Shown here: positions 59,772 to 64,000 of the stretch, in pieces
Layout: every line of letters starts with the position of its first letter
Position numbering within the stretch: position 1 is the stretch's first letter
Assembly: GCF_009914755.1 (NCBI RefSeq)
Contig: NC_060928.1
Strand: one strand, 5' to 3'
Source: the human T2T-CHM13v2.0 reference genome, Homo sapiens
Length of the DNA stretch: 64,000 bases
Notes under the pieces: model-generated
Database searches by the model: none
Told to the model about the DNA's origin: nothing
The model's input: only the letters and a program-made list of their open reading frames with translations
Made by a program: the position numbers and the translations under genes

Positions 59772-60397
59772 GCTTAGTTTGGGCTACTGTAACAAGATAC
59801 TGGAGACTGAATAGCTTATATAAGCAAGATAAATTTATTTCTCACAGTTCTGGAGGCAGGAAGTCTGAGATCAGGGTGCTGGCATGGGTGGACTCTGATG
59901 AGGGCCCTTTTTTGGGTTACAGACTGTCTTCTTCTTGCTGTATTCTCATATAGTGGAAAAGGTGAGAGAGTTCTCTAGGGCCTCTTTTATAAGGGCACTA
60001 ATCCCATTGATGAGGATTCCATCCTCATGACCTAATTGCTTCCCAAAGACTCTACCTCCTAATACTATCACATCGGGATACAGACTGTCATCTTCTGTCT
60101 ATAATTGCCTCCCAAAGACTCCACCTCCTAATACTATCACATTGGGATACAGACTGTCATCTTTTGGGATACAGACTTTCATCTTCCTGCTATATTCTCA
60201 TATAGTGGAAAAGGTGAGAGAGCTCTCTAAGGTCTCTTTTATAAGGGCACTAATCTCATTGATGAGGATTCCATCCTCATGACCTAATTGCCTCCCAAAG
60301 ACTCCACCTCCTAATACTATCACATTGGGAATTAGGGCTTCATTTTATGAATTTGGTGTGTGTGTTGGGAGAAAACACAAACATTCAGTCCATTGCA
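59772..60397 (-). mobile_element. MLT1A0-like LTR with complex internal duplication
   Basis: TTTATTTCTCACAGTTCTGGAGGC...GAGATCAGGGTGC; ACACAAACATTCAGTCCATTGCA terminus; ~165-bp segment present twice. Confidence 0.88.
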
Positions 60398-61520
60398 GGC
60401 TCTTCTGCAAAAAAATGTATGAAAATAAAGATTAAGGGTAACTCACATGGAGGTACAAAAGCATCATCAAGAAAAATCTACAAATGGTGAGAAAGTAAAT
60501 CTTGCCTTTTGGTTTTAAAGAAGAACCTTCGTTTTCAGTTCTGGCTTACCATTGACCCTCAAATAAGTTGAAAAAAGTAGGCACTAAAAGTTCCAGTACC
60601 ATATGTATTGGGAATTCCCAATAAATCAGATCTATTTTACTAGTTAGGACTCCTTTGGTTGCAAACAGCAGAAACCCAATCTCAACTAGATTAAACAGTA
60701 GGGTAATTCACTTGCCCACAGAAACCAGAGGATGACAGAAAAAGGAAGGTGTAGGAAACTGAGACAATACAATAGATCAGATTATTATTTCAGATCTTTA
60801 CCAATCTTTACCAATAATTTCAGAGACATAACTAATATGAGACATAGGTGAAGCAGACGAATGTTCTGGGACCACCAATGTAGGTCCACACATCTTTTCT
60901 TATATCTGGATGCATTCTGGCCCAAATTGATATACAATTACTATAAACAATGCATGAGGCCACATTACTCACACAGAAGAATGTTGTTTGGTTATGAAGC
61001 ATTTTCATTTTATACCCAAATACAAAATGAAGTTTTAAGTTATAAGTTATATGGTTTACATGAGGCTTTCCAGATAGCCATGCCTCATAAATCCATAGAT
61101 TCCAGGTTTGTTTATTATAAGTGATTCTACACAGACCAGGTATATCTTTCTGAAGACACTGTATGAATGACAATTCTCCTTGTAATTTTTATTGGTGTGT
61201 CTTCCAGAAGGTCAGCCATTCAAGGGTTTACAAAGAAATTTTTCCAGGTCACCTTTCTCATTTTTCTCTCTGGATGTGCCACCTCCTCATTGTCTCCATG
61301 AAAAGGAGAGAATGGGTGTAGTCTTGCAATTTTCTTCTTGGAACCAAAGCCTCAAGGACCTCTTAAATCAGGGACTCCACTTCACCAAGAAGTTTCTTTC
61401 TTTTTCTTTCTTTCTCATCCTTTCTATATCTCAATCTCTGCTTGTCTTCATTTTGCCAATGTTCCTTCCTTATAGTTTGGAAAATGGCTACCAACAAACA
61501 GCTTGACTTTAGAAACCTTG

Positions 61521-61868
61521 TGCTATGGTCTGAATGTTGGCATTTCCCCCAAATCCATATGTTGGAACAGAATCCCCAATGTGATACTATTAGAAGCAGG
61601 ACTTTCAGGTGATAATTAGGCCATGAAGGTTTCCACTCTCATGAATGGGATTAATGCCCTTATAAAAGGGCTAGTGGGAGCTTGCTTGCCCTTTCAGCCA
61701 TGTGAGGGCACAGCAAGATGGTGCCATCTATGAGAAATTGGCTCTCACCAGACACTGAATCTGATAGTACCTTGAGCTTGGATTTCCCAGCCTTCAAAAT
61801 AAGTTTCTGTTGTTTGCAAATTACCCAGTCTAAGGTATTTGTTATAACAGCACAAATGGAGGATGACA
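61521..61868 (+). mobile_element. MaLR solo LTR (MLT1A/MSTD-like)
   Basis: TGCTATGGTCTGAATGT...ATGAATGGGATTAATGCCCTTATAAAAG...CCATGTGAGGGCACAGCAAGA...TTACCCAGTCTAAGGTATTTG. Confidence 0.85.
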
Positions 61869-62746
61869 CTCCAGTAAATAGAATTATTTTTTATTTGTTT
61901 GTTTCCGTCTCAGAATCCAAGGAAAAATCTTAAATGTTCCCTGTCTGGCTCATGTACCATCTCACTGTTGTTACAGAATTCAAGTCTGGGATCAAATGAA
62001 ATCAGGGGAGCAAGTTTCTTTATTTAGGAAGAGAGCTAGGAGAACTTCCTGGACTGCTAAAAAAAAATAGCTGAGTTCACCAAAACATCTGAATCATTCT
62101 TGTTTTAAACATAACCAGAGTTCAGTCAGAATCCCAGTATTTTGTTAATTGGTATATTCTTATAGACACTTTTATCCATGTTTTACTAGGTGTGAGTTTA
62201 AAGTAAGACCTTTAAAAAAAATTACACCAAGTTAACATAGAATGATTATTTTTCAAATTTTTTTTTTGGAAGAGGAAGTCATACTCTAATGTAAAATAGT
62301 CTTCAAATATTTAAAAGCCTTTTGGACTTTTGTATATAAATGCTTTCAAAACCAGTTTGTGAGTTTTACATTAGAATTATTCTTATTAATTTATAAAATC
62401 ATAATAAATTTTATTGTCTGTGGTCAAATGTTTTATCATTAGCATTTGTCTTAACAGGAAAAATGGAAAGTTATTCAATATATAGAGACAAAAAAATTTC
62501 AAAAGTCTTTAGGGGTCAGATCAGTACAAAATTAACAAACAATATTTTACTCTGTAACTGCATGCAATTCCATTAAATGGAATACTTGCTATAAAGAATA
62601 GAGTGGCAATAAATCCTTAAGAGTATGAGATTTGGCACACATTTCAAAATAAAATTTATGTTTTTTGTGAAAATGCTGAAAGATTTATTTTCAATTTTGT
62701 TTTATGATATATATTTTGTCTCCATGACCAATGAGTTGGGTGTCCT

Positions 62747-62757
62747 CTTGGAGATTT

Positions 62758-62789
<32 letters not shown>

Positions 62790-63118
62790 TGAGATATATA
62801 ATCTTGGAGACGATATATATATCTTGGAGATATATAATCTTGGAGACGATATATATATCTTGGAGATATATAATCTTGGAGACGATATATATATCTTGGA
62901 GATATATAATCTTGGAGACGATATATATATCTTGGAGATATATAATCTTGGAGACGATATATATATCTTGGAGATATATAATCTTGGAGACGATATATAT
63001 ATCTTGGAGATATATAATCTTGGAGATGATATATATATATCTTGGAGATATATAATCTTGGAGATGATATATATATCTTGGAGATATATAATATTGGAGA
63101 TTTTATATATATATATAT
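62747..63118. repeat. AT-rich 36-bp composite minisatellite (~8.5 units) flanked by (TA)n
   Basis: Unit GAGATATATAATCTTG + GAGACGATATATATATCTTG starting at 62791; gives 12-aa periodic ORFs. Confidence 0.97.
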
Positions 63119-64000
63119 GTGCCATATTTATGCAGGCAAAAATACTCGATTATAACAAAAAATGTGGACTTTGATCATTCTGTGTGACTGGGAAGTAATG
63201 TGCTCTGGTCACCATTTCCTCCTCCTTCAGCCTTTAGATAGACAAGGATTACTTCAACTTAGTTTACTAGATACCCCAAAGGCACCAGGTCTGGGGAAGT
63301 TATTCTCAACCTTCCTGTAATTTTCAGGGTCTTTTTTTGTGTCTTTGCTAATTAGCTTAGGACAACCTTCAAGGAAGTTGTTTTGTTTCATCTTCATTTT
63401 TGCCAACAGTGCTGTTTGGGTTCTGAGGCGGATAGAGAAAAGTCCCCCTGAGAAGGAAAGGCATGGGTTTGGGCACAAAAACAACAGCAGCAACAGCATC
63501 TAGTCAGCTCATGTCTTCTTGGCTTTTGGTAAGGAGAGTAACAGAAATATGCCCTCCCAAGCACAGTGAAGAAAAAAAAAAGTTCTTCTCTAGACCTTCC
63601 CAGAGGGGTAATGTTTCTGTTAAGAATTTTGGAAAGATGAGTAGGACCCAGCAGAAGGTCAGGTGAGAGCAGAGAGAAAAGAAATCCAAGCCAGGGTAAC
63701 ACTGTGTAAAATGCAGCCATTCAGGAACTGAAAGCAGCTCATTGTGGATAAAGACTGGGGTGTTGGGCTAGGAAATTTCCTGGTTTTAAAGGAATTTGTA
63801 TTTCACAATGTAAATTATAGAGTCCATTTGAAATAGATAATTGATATGAATAGGCTGCAGTTTTGAAGAATCAGTCTTGGAGTTAGAGTATAGATATGGG
63901 CAGATGTGATCAGAAGCAGGGATGAGAACCAGCAATATTCCACGTGAGAAAAGCAGGAGAGTTGAGCTTATGCAGGAGCAGTGAGAACAGAACAAAAGTT

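Noticed and set aside
62731-63174. 147-aa, 122-aa and 88-aa periodic ORFs (EIYNLGDDIYIL)n
   Set aside because: Translation artefacts of the 36-bp minisatellite, open on both strands.

Overview
This is primate, most likely human, AT-rich non-coding DNA (intron of a large gene or intergenic). I found no protein-coding exon, RNA gene, CpG island or CRISPR array. The long ORFs are LINE-1 ORF1/ORF2 remnants, tandem-repeat artefacts or chance ORFs. Main contents: (1) a complete MSTA MaLR element (two LTRs, perfect ATCAA TSD) carrying a nested full-length degenerate L1PA7-like element (20221-29138); (2) a second full-length L1PA7/8 on the minus strand, inserted in an MLT1E/F-like LTR and itself carrying an AluY (43181-49981); (3) between them, a ~950-bp very young L1HS-like internal ORF2 fragment with no 3'UTR or poly(A), flanked by a 7-bp direct repeat (41725-42678). 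Item 3 is the most unusual feature. The window also has about 17 Alus (two closely spaced inverted pairs), L2, MIR, MLT and MER elements, a 51-bp tandem repeat inside a MER39-like LTR, a 36-bp composite minisatellite, a cluster of nested palindromes and a complex duplication inside an MLT1A LTR. I see no evidence for a new biological system; the findings concern insertion mechanism, repeat evolution and possible polymorphism. Subfamily names come from recalled consensus features and need RepeatMasker/Dfam confirmation.
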